From Candidatus Latescibacterota bacterium (GTDB lineage: Bacteria > Latescibacterota > UBA2968 > UBA8231): a stretch of DNA of 64,000 nt. The stretch's first letter is position 1, and each line of letters begins with the position of its first letter. Shown here in pieces: positions 8,713 through 17,458 of the stretch. The translations under genes and the position numbers were made by a program. Location of the stretch: NCBI GenBank assembly GCA_007571365.1, contig RKRN01000109.1, positions 31,101 through 95,100 of the forward strand, given 5' to 3'. The notes below the pieces were generated by a model. The model made no database searches. It was not told the origin of the DNA and saw nothing but the letters and a program-made list of their open reading frames with translations.

Positions 8713-9775
8713 GCACTTGAGTCAGGGCAACAGCCTCGCGCATCAGACGCGCCCGCTGGTCCATGTAATGCGGATCTTCGGGCTGATCGGCAAAAGAGTC
8801 GTCGAGCCGGGCGAGTTCCTCAATGAGGTGCTGCCGTCGTTTCAGCGCGTAGGTACGATCGGTGCTTGGATGTTGGCGGCTCAATGACAGCGCGACACCA
8901 CCAGTGAGAAATGCGCCAGCCAGTGCGACCCATTTGAGCGACCAACGTAGCGAGGGGACTACGGGTAAGGGGATCGCCACTTGCTGACTGGGCTGTAGGT
9001 TTTCCACGACCACTTTCCGGTACTGACGGCCGTGCTGTTCAACGATACCTAGATCGATAAAAGGCGGTTTGACCTCCGTGGAGGGCGGGTCGAGAAAAAC
9101 CTCCAAGCGGTCGGTCGGATATACCACCTGATGCACGTAGGGGCTAGCGAATTTGCGGGTGTCGAGATTAAAAGAAAAACTCCGCTGCGAGCGGCCCGGA
9201 GGCAGGGGCTGATTGTCGAAGAAACGTCCTTCTCCGCCTTGGTGGAGCAGCCCAGAGTGGCTTTGGAGATTGAAGATGCCCGTTGGCAAGGCAAGTTCGG
9301 TCACTTGCCGCTCGCGTCCGTCGCCACGGCCTGCGTATGTGCGCTCGCGGGTGTTGTGAATTTGCAGGAGTTGGACGCACTCAATCGCGTTTTCTCGCAG
9401 CGCGAAAAAGAGGTGATGAGTGCCAATGCGGATTCCGGAGGGGTCATCGGTTTTTTCGTACACTTCAAGGATGACCTGTTGTTGTGCATTGGCCTCAAGA
9501 GTCGAAGAAAAGTAGGGGATGTCGTCGTAGAAGGCCGCTAGCCCGAAGAGAAGGCCGCTCTGTAGAAAAGGGCCGGCAAAAGAGAAGTGCCCCTCGGCGT
9601 CGGTCTCTTTGTGCAGCATCTCGAGGAGCTGTCCATCTTGGCGGATATAGAAAGCCACGGGAATGCCCGGAATTCGCGCTTGGGTGAAGGGGTTGAGTAC
9701 ATAACCATTGATCACCGCGCCCCACAGTTCGGAGGCGCAAAGGACGATTACAACACAAAGCGAGCGCAGAACCAT
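8702..9775 (-). CDS. Exported beta-sandwich protein with C-terminal membrane anchor (ccm-associated hypothetical)
   Basis: Signal peptide, TDAEGHFSF carboxypeptidase-regulatory-like motif, C-terminal TM helix and helical tail. Confidence 0.7.
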   Translation of the reverse strand: MVLRSLCVVIVLCASELWGAVINGYVLNPFTQARIPGIPVAFYIRQDGQLLEMLHKETDAEGHFSFAGPFLQSGLLFGLAAFYDDIPYFSSTLEANAQQQVILEVYEKTDDPSGIRIGTHHLFFALRENAIECVQLLQIHNTRERTYAGRGDGRERQVTELALPTGIFNLQSHSGLLHQGGEGRFFDNQPLPPGRSQRSFSFNLDTRKFASPYVHQVVYPTDRLEVFLDPPSTEVKPPFIDLGIVEQHGRQYRKVVVENLQPSQQVAIPLPVVPSLRWSLKWVALAGAFLTGGVALSLSRQHPSTDRTYALKRRQHLIEELARLDDSFADQPEDPHYMDQRARLMREAVALTQVLDV

Positions 9776-9778
9776 GGC

Positions 9779-10216
9779 TCAGCTAGATTCCACTAGCGAA
9801 GTGCCGCATTGTGGACAGAACCGATCACTCTCGCGCCGCACGGCCCCACAGCCGTGGCAACGAGGAATGGCAGTCTTTTGGCGCAGAGCCGCAACCTCTT
9901 CCTCGATGCGTCGTTCGAGTTGAGAGCTGCTCGCGCCGTTGAGCCGATCCAACTCGCCGATAACCGCCAGCGTCTCGGCTTCCAACGCGGCAAAAAGGCG
10001 TTGAAAATCCTCTGCGGACACTTTCCCAAGCTCGCGGTCGAGCTCTAGTTCGACGAGCTCGCCCAAAAGCTGCTCCTTGCGCTCAAAGAGCTGTCGCGGC
10101 GATCCACTCGCCGCGCTCGTCCGCTCGCCCGTTAGGAGGGGATGTGCCAGATAGAGCAACAGTCCCAACAGCAGCGCGATAGAACACAGTATAGGTAAAA
10201 GCCCTATCGCGCTCAC
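9779..10216 (-). CDS. Membrane-anchored zinc-ribbon protein (CcmI N-terminus-like)
   Basis: N-terminal TM helix, ELELDRELGKVSAEDF, CxxC...FCxxCG. Confidence 0.75.
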   Translation of the reverse strand: MSAIGLLPILCSIALLLGLLLYLAHPLLTGERTSAASGSPRQLFERKEQLLGELVELELDRELGKVSAEDFQRLFAALEAETLAVIGELDRLNGASSSQLERRIEEEVAALRQKTAIPRCHGCGAVRRESDRFCPQCGTSLVESS

Positions 10217-10267
10217 TATAATAGTATATAGCCTGTACAGGTGCAGGCTCGCGTCGGTTTGGCCGAA

Positions 10268-12724
10268 CTAGCCATCGTCGTAGCGATCCAATTCGCGTCT
10301 CAGGCGGTCCGCGTCTCGGCTGGGGTTGGCTGGCTGGGGCTTGGTCTGTAGGGGAGCTTGGCCTTGGTCCTTCCAGCGAACTAGCAGAGTGCGTACTAGG
10401 GCAAAGCCAAATAAAAGAGCCAAAAAGGGCGCGACCCAAGCGAGCAAGTTAAAGCCCTCGTGAGGCGGAGTGGCTAAGACCATCGGGCCAAAACGCGCTA
10501 CATAGCTGTCGATAATCTGCTGCCGAGTTTGGCCTTGGTCTAGGGCTGAGCCAATCGCCTCGCGTTCGGGGACCGCGAAGTCAGTACAAAGACAGGTGGC
10601 TAGGGATTCTCGAGGGCAATTACCGCAGAGACAGACCAACTCCTCAGCCACGGCCTTGATCTCCGCCGTTGTCGCTGCCTCTACTGGCGAGAAGCCTACT
10701 GCCAACGCAACGAGTAAGGGCACGTACATACGCGGCTTCCGGGCGATGGCCGCGTCCATGGCGGTCTCGCGATCGATCCGCGCTAGCCGCCGATCTCGCG
10801 GCGTGGGCCACATCGCCCACATCGCGCCCAGCACTAGGACGACAGCACCGAGCCACACGAAGTTGATTAGCGGGTTGATATAGACTTGGAACTTGGCACT
10901 TTGGTCTTCGGCAGAGCCCACCAGAATTACATAGAAGTCCTCGCGCCAAGTCGAGTAAATGGAGACTTCAGTAGTACCTTGGTCAAAGGCGGGATAGTAG
11001 CGTCGCTCCGGCAGCAGCGTACCGAGGAATTGATCGCCGCGGTGCAGAGCCAGTGCCGCCGCGGTAGTGCTGTGGTTGGCGTTTTCGGCAAAGGCTAGCG
11101 ACGCGAAGGTAAGCCGGTATTCGCCGACTTGACGCGAAGTCCCTTGGTCGAGGACGACTTCGGCTTCTTGGGTAAAGGCTTTGCCAGTAAAGCCAGCAAA
11201 GAGCAATACTAGCCCGAGATGGGTCAAATATCCGCCGTAACGCCGTCGGTTTTTGGCGCAGAGGCGATACAGTGCCACTAGATAGGATTCGTGCGTACTG
11301 CGCCGCCGCGCCCGTGCCCCAGCGTGGAATTCGGCAGAGAGCGCAACGAGTACGAAGATGCACAACCCGAATGACAGCACCACATAAGGATCCCGTATGC
11401 CAACGAAAAAAAAGACCCCGCAAGAAAGTACGCCTGCCGTCACCGGGCGAACGAAGTTTTTGCGCAGACTCTCGCGGGAGGTGCGGTGCCAAGCGAAGAG
11501 TGGACCAGCACCCGTCAACAACAGAAGCACTAGGCCGATGGGAATCGTGACTTGATTAAAAAAAGGAGGTCCGACCGTGATTTGCTCGTCGGTCAAAGCC
11601 TCGGAGACCAGCGGGAAGACCGTGCCCCAGAACACGGCGAAGAGCATTCCCAAGAGAACCCAGTTGTTGAGCAAGAAGGCCGTCTCGCGCGAAGCGAATG
11701 ATTCCAAGCGGTTCTCGGCCTTGAGCAAGGGTAGTCGCAGCCACAAAAGGCCAAAAGAAAAAACCAGCGTCAGGACTAGAAATGTGCCAAAAAAAGGGCC
11801 GATATTAGATTGGGCAAAGGCGTGAACCGAAGAGATAATACCACTGCGGGTCATAAAGGTGCCGAACAGGCACAGCGCGTACGTAAGGATCGCTAGTGCC
11901 ACATTCCATACCTTGAGCATCCCCTTGCGCTCTTGAATCATAATTGAGTGCAGAAAAGCGGTGGCGATCAGCCAAGGCATCAGCGAGGAGTTCTCCACCG
12001 GATCCCAAGCCCAGTACCCACCCCACCCTAGTTCGACATAAGCCCACTTGCCGCCTAGCAGGAGGCCGAAGCCGAGAAAGGCCCAAGGGATAAGCATCCA
12101 GCGGCGCACTGCACGCAGCCAAGTAGCGTCCAGTTTGCCGGTCAAGAGCGCGGCGATGGCAAAGGCAAAGGGAACGACCATGCCCACCATCCCCAAGTAA
12201 AGCATCGGCGGGTGAATGGCCATAACGGGGTGTTGTAGGATCGGGTTGAGCCCGCGACCGTCTTCTGGCGTAAAGGGCAGGCGCTGGAACGGGTCAGCGG
12301 CAAAAAGATGCACAATGCAAAAGAAGAAGCTGGTAAGGGATAGGGTCGCTATCGCGTAGGGCATCAATTCGCGGTAGCGCTGGCGGTAGAGTGCCGCCAA
12401 GCCCGCCGAGTAGATGGACAGGATCCAGCCCCAAAACAACAGCGATCCGTTCTGCCCGCCCCACAGTGCCGTTACTAAATAGAACAAAGGCATGGCGCGG
12501 TTGCTGTTTTCGGCCACGTACTCGACTTGGAAGTCGTGGGAGAGGAGAGCGTACCACAGCGAGAGGACCGCCAGCGTCAGCAGGGCACAGGTCGCCAAGA
12601 CCCCGTTCTCGCCCGAGCGCACCAAGCCCAACTGGCCGCGCCGCGCCCCAAAGGCCGACGCTAGAGCCCCATAGCCGGAGGCTAGGAGTGCTAGGCACAA
12701 GGCAAAGTAGCCGATATCAACCAT
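10268..12724 (-). CDS. ccmF: Heme lyase CcmF fused to a C-terminal CcmH-like domain
   Basis: IHPPMLY, WAYVELGWGGYWAWDPVEN, SVHAF; C-terminal LVCLCGNC...YVARFG..VLATP. Confidence 0.95.
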   Translation of the reverse strand: MVDIGYFALCLALLASGYGALASAFGARRGQLGLVRSGENGVLATCALLTLAVLSLWYALLSHDFQVEYVAENSNRAMPLFYLVTALWGGQNGSLLFWGWILSIYSAGLAALYRQRYRELMPYAIATLSLTSFFFCIVHLFAADPFQRLPFTPEDGRGLNPILQHPVMAIHPPMLYLGMVGMVVPFAFAIAALLTGKLDATWLRAVRRWMLIPWAFLGFGLLLGGKWAYVELGWGGYWAWDPVENSSLMPWLIATAFLHSIMIQERKGMLKVWNVALAILTYALCLFGTFMTRSGIISSVHAFAQSNIGPFFGTFLVLTLVFSFGLLWLRLPLLKAENRLESFASRETAFLLNNWVLLGMLFAVFWGTVFPLVSEALTDEQITVGPPFFNQVTIPIGLVLLLLTGAGPLFAWHRTSRESLRKNFVRPVTAGVLSCGVFFFVGIRDPYVVLSFGLCIFVLVALSAEFHAGARARRRSTHESYLVALYRLCAKNRRRYGGYLTHLGLVLLFAGFTGKAFTQEAEVVLDQGTSRQVGEYRLTFASLAFAENANHSTTAAALALHRGDQFLGTLLPERRYYPAFDQGTTEVSIYSTWREDFYVILVGSAEDQSAKFQVYINPLINFVWLGAVVLVLGAMWAMWPTPRDRRLARIDRETAMDAAIARKPRMYVPLLVALAVGFSPVEAATTAEIKAVAEELVCLCGNCPRESLATCLCTDFAVPEREAIGSALDQGQTRQQIIDSYVARFGPMVLATPPHEGFNLLAWVAPFLALLFGFALVRTLLVRWKDQGQAPLQTKPQPANPSRDADRLRRELDRYDDG

Positions 12725-12756
12725 AAAATGTTGGGAAAAGCCAAAAGGTGTGCGGG

Positions 12757-13191
12757 CTAGCCATTCGGGCTGTTCATTGCCTGCACGTGGCCTTCATAGC
12801 TTTGTCCCTCGTATTTGGAGGGGCATTTGGCAAAGACGGTATCAGCAGCAAAGACCTGATCGGCTGAATGGTATTCGCCTTCGAGAACTACCAGTGCTTC
12901 ATCTTTGAAGGTATCGGGTAGCACGGCGTGGCCGACGTAGCGCACCCGCAGTGTGTGTTGCCCGTCGGTAATCACAAATTCGGGACGCGAGCGATACCGG
13001 TCCCATTCAATCGAACCGGGCACCACGGTGCTGCCGCCTAGTTGGATGCGCTGGCTCGCGTCTATAGTCCCGTCCATCAGGATTTGCAGCGTCATGTGAG
13101 TCGCCGTTGACTGTTGGACGCCAGCTACAAAAAGGTAAATCAAGCCAGCGGCAATGACTAGAGAGCCGAGGGTAAATTTGTGCCTTCTCAT
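12757..13191 (-). CDS. ccmE: Heme chaperone CcmE, CxxxY variant
   Basis: PDTFK...VVLEG...AKCPSKY. Confidence 0.93.
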   Translation of the reverse strand: MRRHKFTLGSLVIAAGLIYLFVAGVQQSTATHMTLQILMDGTIDASQRIQLGGSTVVPGSIEWDRYRSRPEFVITDGQHTLRVRYVGHAVLPDTFKDEALVVLEGEYHSADQVFAADTVFAKCPSKYEGQSYEGHVQAMNSPNG

Positions 13192-13256
13192 AAAATAAAT
13201 CTGCTCAATTTCCCCTTTTTGTCAACGAGTACACCCGTTGGCGCAAAGGATCGCAT

Positions 13257-14396
13257 TCACACTTCAAGCACCTTGGGCAGGCTGCATAAGTTCTCGTAGC
13301 CATCGGCGCAAATGACGACCGTATCTTCGATTCGGACGCCCCCCAAGCCTCGGTAGTAAAGCCCCGGTTCCATCGTCACGACATGGCCGGACTCAAGCAC
13401 ATCGCCGCACGGGCCGATCCTCGGCCCTTCGTGGATCTCCAGCCCTAGCCCGTGCCCCGTGCCATGGATGTAGCCCTGCATATAGCCGTCTTGCTCTTTT
13501 GTCTCGTAACCAGCGTCGCGGAAAAACTGTTGGATTGCTTGGTGAATAAGGTGGCCTTCGGCACCCGGCCGGATGTGCTCTAAGCCCAGTTGTTGAGCCT
13601 CCAGCACGGTTTCGTACAGGTGCCGCAGCGGCTTGGAAACTGGTCCCTTACACACGGTCCGCGTCAAGTCGCCGTAGTAGCCGCTCGCCTCATCGCGCGG
13701 AAAAATGTCGATGACGACGGCCTCGCCAGCGCGCAAAGGCCCAAAGCCTACTTGGTGCGGGTCGCAGCCTTGGTCGCCTCCAGCGACGATGGTATGTTCG
13801 CCAATGCTGTCGCAGTCCATGAGCGTCTGATGCACCATGCGCCGCAATCTCTCCGAAGTGAGTACGTCGCCGTTGAGGAAGAGGACGCCGTCGCGCACAG
13901 CCGATGTGCGCAGCCCCTCAACCGCCGTTTCCATGCCCGCTTCGGCGGCCCGCATCGCCCGGCGCACATTCTCGATCTCGGTGGAGTCCTTGATTTTGCG
14001 CTGGGGAAAGAGCGGCTCGGTCGCAATGGCTAGTTCGATGCCTTCCCCCCGCAGAAAGTCGGCCGTACCAAGGGGAAAATCAGCGGGCACTTGCAGCTTC
14101 GCCAAGCCGAGATCGCGCAAAAGTTCCAACAACACGGCGTTGCTGTTGGGCCGCTCTTGGCACCTTTTCTTGGCCTGCTTCGCGTACTGGGTATAAGACA
14201 ATACCAGATCGACGCTAGCTTGGTCGCGTGCGCGGTTGCTTTCGAGGCTGTTGGCGAGCATGATTTTTTCGCTAGGGGTCCACAGAAAGACGAAGGGATC
14301 GGGGGCGCGAAAGCGGGTGGCGTAGAACAAGTTGGCGCAGCGTTCGCTGCTGCCGATCATCAGCAGGGCATCGGCCCCTTTTAGGTCGGGCGTCAT
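13257..14396 (-). CDS. Xaa-Pro aminopeptidase (M24B)
   Basis: GDLTRT, HGTGHGLGLEIHE, EPGLY, GVRIED. Confidence 0.93.
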   Translation of the reverse strand: MTPDLKGADALLMIGSSERCANLFYATRFRAPDPFVFLWTPSEKIMLANSLESNRARDQASVDLVLSYTQYAKQAKKRCQERPNSNAVLLELLRDLGLAKLQVPADFPLGTADFLRGEGIELAIATEPLFPQRKIKDSTEIENVRRAMRAAEAGMETAVEGLRTSAVRDGVLFLNGDVLTSERLRRMVHQTLMDCDSIGEHTIVAGGDQGCDPHQVGFGPLRAGEAVVIDIFPRDEASGYYGDLTRTVCKGPVSKPLRHLYETVLEAQQLGLEHIRPGAEGHLIHQAIQQFFRDAGYETKEQDGYMQGYIHGTGHGLGLEIHEGPRIGPCGDVLESGHVVTMEPGLYYRGLGGVRIEDTVVICADGYENLCSLPKVLEV

Positions 14397-14398
14397 GT

Positions 14399-15874
14399 TT
14401 ACTCCGGAATTTTTAGTGCCCGGACCTCAATTCCGGTAGCGGGTCGCCAAAACCAGAAAAACGCAAACTGACCTTCCTCCAGTTCGGAAACAGAGCGCAC
14501 AAATTGCTCCAACGAAGTAACGCGTTCTTGATCCACCTCGGTAATCACATCGTTCGCTTGAATCCCTTTGTCGGCGGCTAACCCCTCTGGATCTACTTCA
14601 ACTACCATCACCGGCTCCTCGCCTCGTGCAAAATCCAGTTCAGCCGCCAACTCGGTCGCCAATTCGGCGGGCAAGGTTTTAACTGAAATCCCTAGCTTTG
14701 CTAGCCGCTGATGGCCTTGGGAAAGGAGCCGGTCTTCTTCGCGCTCGCCGAGCACCACGGCGACTTGGTGGATCTGATTTTGGCGCATGACTTGCAGGCT
14801 GACCGTCTCGTTTGGGTCGCGGCTGTAGATCAGCGTCTGCAAGTGGTTGAAGTGGTTCACCTCGATACCATCGAGCGACAGGACGACGTCCCCGATGAGC
14901 AGACCACCGCGTGCGGCCGGGCTGTTGGGCTGCACATCTTTGAGGTAAACGCCGCGTGGCCGGTCAAGGTCGAGGCTGTGTTCGCGGATTAGCTCTGGGG
15001 TCATCTCGGATTCCATGGTCACGCCCAAGTAGCCGCGGACGATCCGCCCGTGGACCAGCAGATCATCCACTACCTCGTACGCTAGGTTGATCGGCACAGC
15101 TAGCCCATAGCCGATATAGTAACCAGTGCGCGTTGAAATGGCCGTGTTGATTCCTACGACTCGGCCCTGTAGGTCGAGTAAAGGGCCGCCGGAGTTGCCG
15201 GGGTTGATCACGGCATTGGTCTGGATAAAACTCTCGATGGCGTAACGGTTTTCTTCGGCGCTTCTGGGGTTGAAAATACCTGCTTGGCGCCCTAGGGCAC
15301 TGACGATGCCGTGCGTCAGTGTTGAACCCATGCCCAAGGGGTGGCCAATGGCCAGCACCCAATCGCCGATTTGCAAGCGGTCTGAGTCGGCCAACAGCAC
15401 AGTAGGTAACCCCTGCGCCTCAACCTTGAGCAGGGCGATGTCAATCAGTGAATCAAAGCCGATGACCTCAGCCTGATAGGTGCGGCGGTCCGAGAGGGTG
15501 ACTTGGATGGAGTCGGCCTCGGCGACGACGTGGTAGTTGCTCAGAATATAGCCATTGGAGCTAACGATAGTGCCGGAGCCTAGGCCGCGAAAGTCTTCGG
15601 GGATTTCCGGGTGGAAGGGGGGCAGTGTGCGCTTTGGCCGCGATCGGGCCGTCGCCGCTATCAAAACTACGGCTGGCCTCGCTTGTTCGTAGGCGTGGCG
15701 GAAAGCCCTGCTGAGACCCGCGATTGGCTGAGTGCTCTCCTCTGGCACTTGCGCTCCAGCCGGGTGTGCGCCCGCGAGCAACGCGGCGATAAGGGTGCTG
15801 CCCACCCACGGACGACAAATGCTGAACAGGGTGGAGGAGTTGTCGAGCCTGACGGCGCGGTGAAGACGCTTCAT
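14399..15874 (-). CDS. HtrA/DegP-family serine protease with two PDZ domains
   Basis: NYHVV, DIALLK, NPGNSGGPL catalytic triad; true start may be slightly downstream. Confidence 0.93.
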   Translation of the reverse strand: MKRLHRAVRLDNSSTLFSICRPWVGSTLIAALLAGAHPAGAQVPEESTQPIAGLSRAFRHAYEQARPAVVLIAATARSRPKRTLPPFHPEIPEDFRGLGSGTIVSSNGYILSNYHVVAEADSIQVTLSDRRTYQAEVIGFDSLIDIALLKVEAQGLPTVLLADSDRLQIGDWVLAIGHPLGMGSTLTHGIVSALGRQAGIFNPRSAEENRYAIESFIQTNAVINPGNSGGPLLDLQGRVVGINTAISTRTGYYIGYGLAVPINLAYEVVDDLLVHGRIVRGYLGVTMESEMTPELIREHSLDLDRPRGVYLKDVQPNSPAARGGLLIGDVVLSLDGIEVNHFNHLQTLIYSRDPNETVSLQVMRQNQIHQVAVVLGEREEDRLLSQGHQRLAKLGISVKTLPAELATELAAELDFARGEEPVMVVEVDPEGLAADKGIQANDVITEVDQERVTSLEQFVRSVSELEEGQFAFFWFWRPATGIEVRALKIPE

Positions 15875-17436
15875 TCGAGGTTGTATTCGTTCAGCTTCCG
15901 GTAGAGTGTGCGAGTGCTGATGCCGAGGATGGCGGCGGCCTTCCGGCGATTGCCGCCGACGCGGTCGAGGGCCTGTTCGATGGCTTCTCGCTCGCGGTCT
16001 TTGAGCGTGGGCAAAGGTTCAATAGCTGCGTTTTCGTGGACGCGTATTGCCGCGGGTTTCTGGGAGTCTGCGGGATGGTAAGGAGCGTCCTCAACCGGAT
16101 AGATCGGTTCCTCCGAGGCGACCGGTCGAACGGCCCTTGGCGTTACGGGAGGCGTAGAGGATGGCATCACGGAGGCATTGCCCTCGACCGCAGCTCTTAG
16201 CTCGGCGACCTCGCGCTTGAGATCCAAGAGCGCAAAGTAAATCAACTCGCGCTCGGATTGGTCGGGCGTCTTGTTGGTCGGCACGGGCAAATGGCGCGTG
16301 GGCTGGATCCCGAGATGAGATAATAGGTCTTCGGGTTCGACGAGGGTACGCGGGGCGAGAAATACCAAGTGCTCGATTAAGTTGCGCAACTCGCGCACAT
16401 TGCCAGGCCAAGCATAGTTTTGCAAAAGGTCCAGGGCCGCCGCCGAGAACCCTTCTAGACGGCTTTTGTTGTCTTGGGTCAGTTCGCTGATGAAGTGCTC
16501 GATCAAGAGGGGAATGTCCTCGGCTCGGCGGCGCAGCGGCGGAATGTCGAGCTCGACGACCTTGAGACGGTGGTATAGGTCGAGGCGGAACTCGCGTTGT
16601 TCAACCGCCTTTTGTAGATCGCGGTTGGTCGCGGCGATGACGCGAAGGTCCACTGAGACCGACGCGCTGCCGCCGATGCGGACCACCTCGCGCTGCTCGA
16701 GGACCCGCAAGAGGCGCACTTGCGCCGCCAGCGACATCTCGCCGATTTCGTCTAGAAAGACCGTTCCACTGTTTGCTTGTTCAAAGATACCTCGGTACTG
16801 AGTGCGGGCGTCGGTAAAGGCTCCCTTCTCGTGCCCGAAGAGTTCGTTCTCCAGCAGATTCTCCGGAATGGCACCGCAGTTGAGCGGGCGAAAAGGACGG
16901 TCGCGTCGGCTGCTGTAGCGATGTAGAGCTTCGGCAACTAAGTCCTTGCCCGCGCCGCTTTCGCCCGTCAGAAGAATAGAGGAAACCGGCGTCGGTGCCA
17001 CGATTAAGATGCGTTCGCGCAGTTGGCGCATTAAGGGCGACTGACCTATCAGTTCGGCCCCGTGCAAAAAGTCTCCTCGCTCTAGTAGCTGGTCCAGATG
17101 GCGACGCAGGACTGCGGCCTCAAAGGGCACGGCAATTTGGTCTTTGAGAGGCGAATCCCACAAAAGTCGGTCCCAGTTTTCATCGACGTTGCCCAAGCCC
17201 AGCATGGGCACATCGCGGTACTGGCCGAGCGCGGCGACGCCCTCGGCGAGGACGGCGGGCGCAAGCTCCAGATCAAAGGCGACCAGATCCACGCTGCGCC
17301 GCAGTAGCCGCCCTAGCGCATCGCCGTTAGCCGCGCTGAGTACGCGCAGCCGCACACCGTGGACTGCGGCCTTGAATTCCGCTTCCAACTCTACTCGCTG
17401 GGTCAGTAGTAGAATGTGACGTTGAGTCGGGGGCAC
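15871..17436 (-). CDS. Sigma54-dependent (NtrC/Fis) transcriptional activator with degenerate N-terminal receiver-like domain
   Basis: GESGAGKD, ELFGHEKGAFTDA, FLDEIGE, WPGNVREL, C-terminal Fis HTH. Confidence 0.93.
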   Translation of the reverse strand: MPPTQRHILLLTQRVELEAEFKAAVHGVRLRVLSAANGDALGRLLRRSVDLVAFDLELAPAVLAEGVAALGQYRDVPMLGLGNVDENWDRLLWDSPLKDQIAVPFEAAVLRRHLDQLLERGDFLHGAELIGQSPLMRQLRERILIVAPTPVSSILLTGESGAGKDLVAEALHRYSSRRDRPFRPLNCGAIPENLLENELFGHEKGAFTDARTQYRGIFEQANSGTVFLDEIGEMSLAAQVRLLRVLEQREVVRIGGSASVSVDLRVIAATNRDLQKAVEQREFRLDLYHRLKVVELDIPPLRRRAEDIPLLIEHFISELTQDNKSRLEGFSAAALDLLQNYAWPGNVRELRNLIEHLVFLAPRTLVEPEDLLSHLGIQPTRHLPVPTNKTPDQSERELIYFALLDLKREVAELRAAVEGNASVMPSSTPPVTPRAVRPVASEEPIYPVEDAPYHPADSQKPAAIRVHENAAIEPLPTLKDREREAIEQALDRVGGNRRKAAAILGISTRTLYRKLNEYNLE

Positions 17437-17458
17437 GATACTCTCCGCGGGCGTGGCT

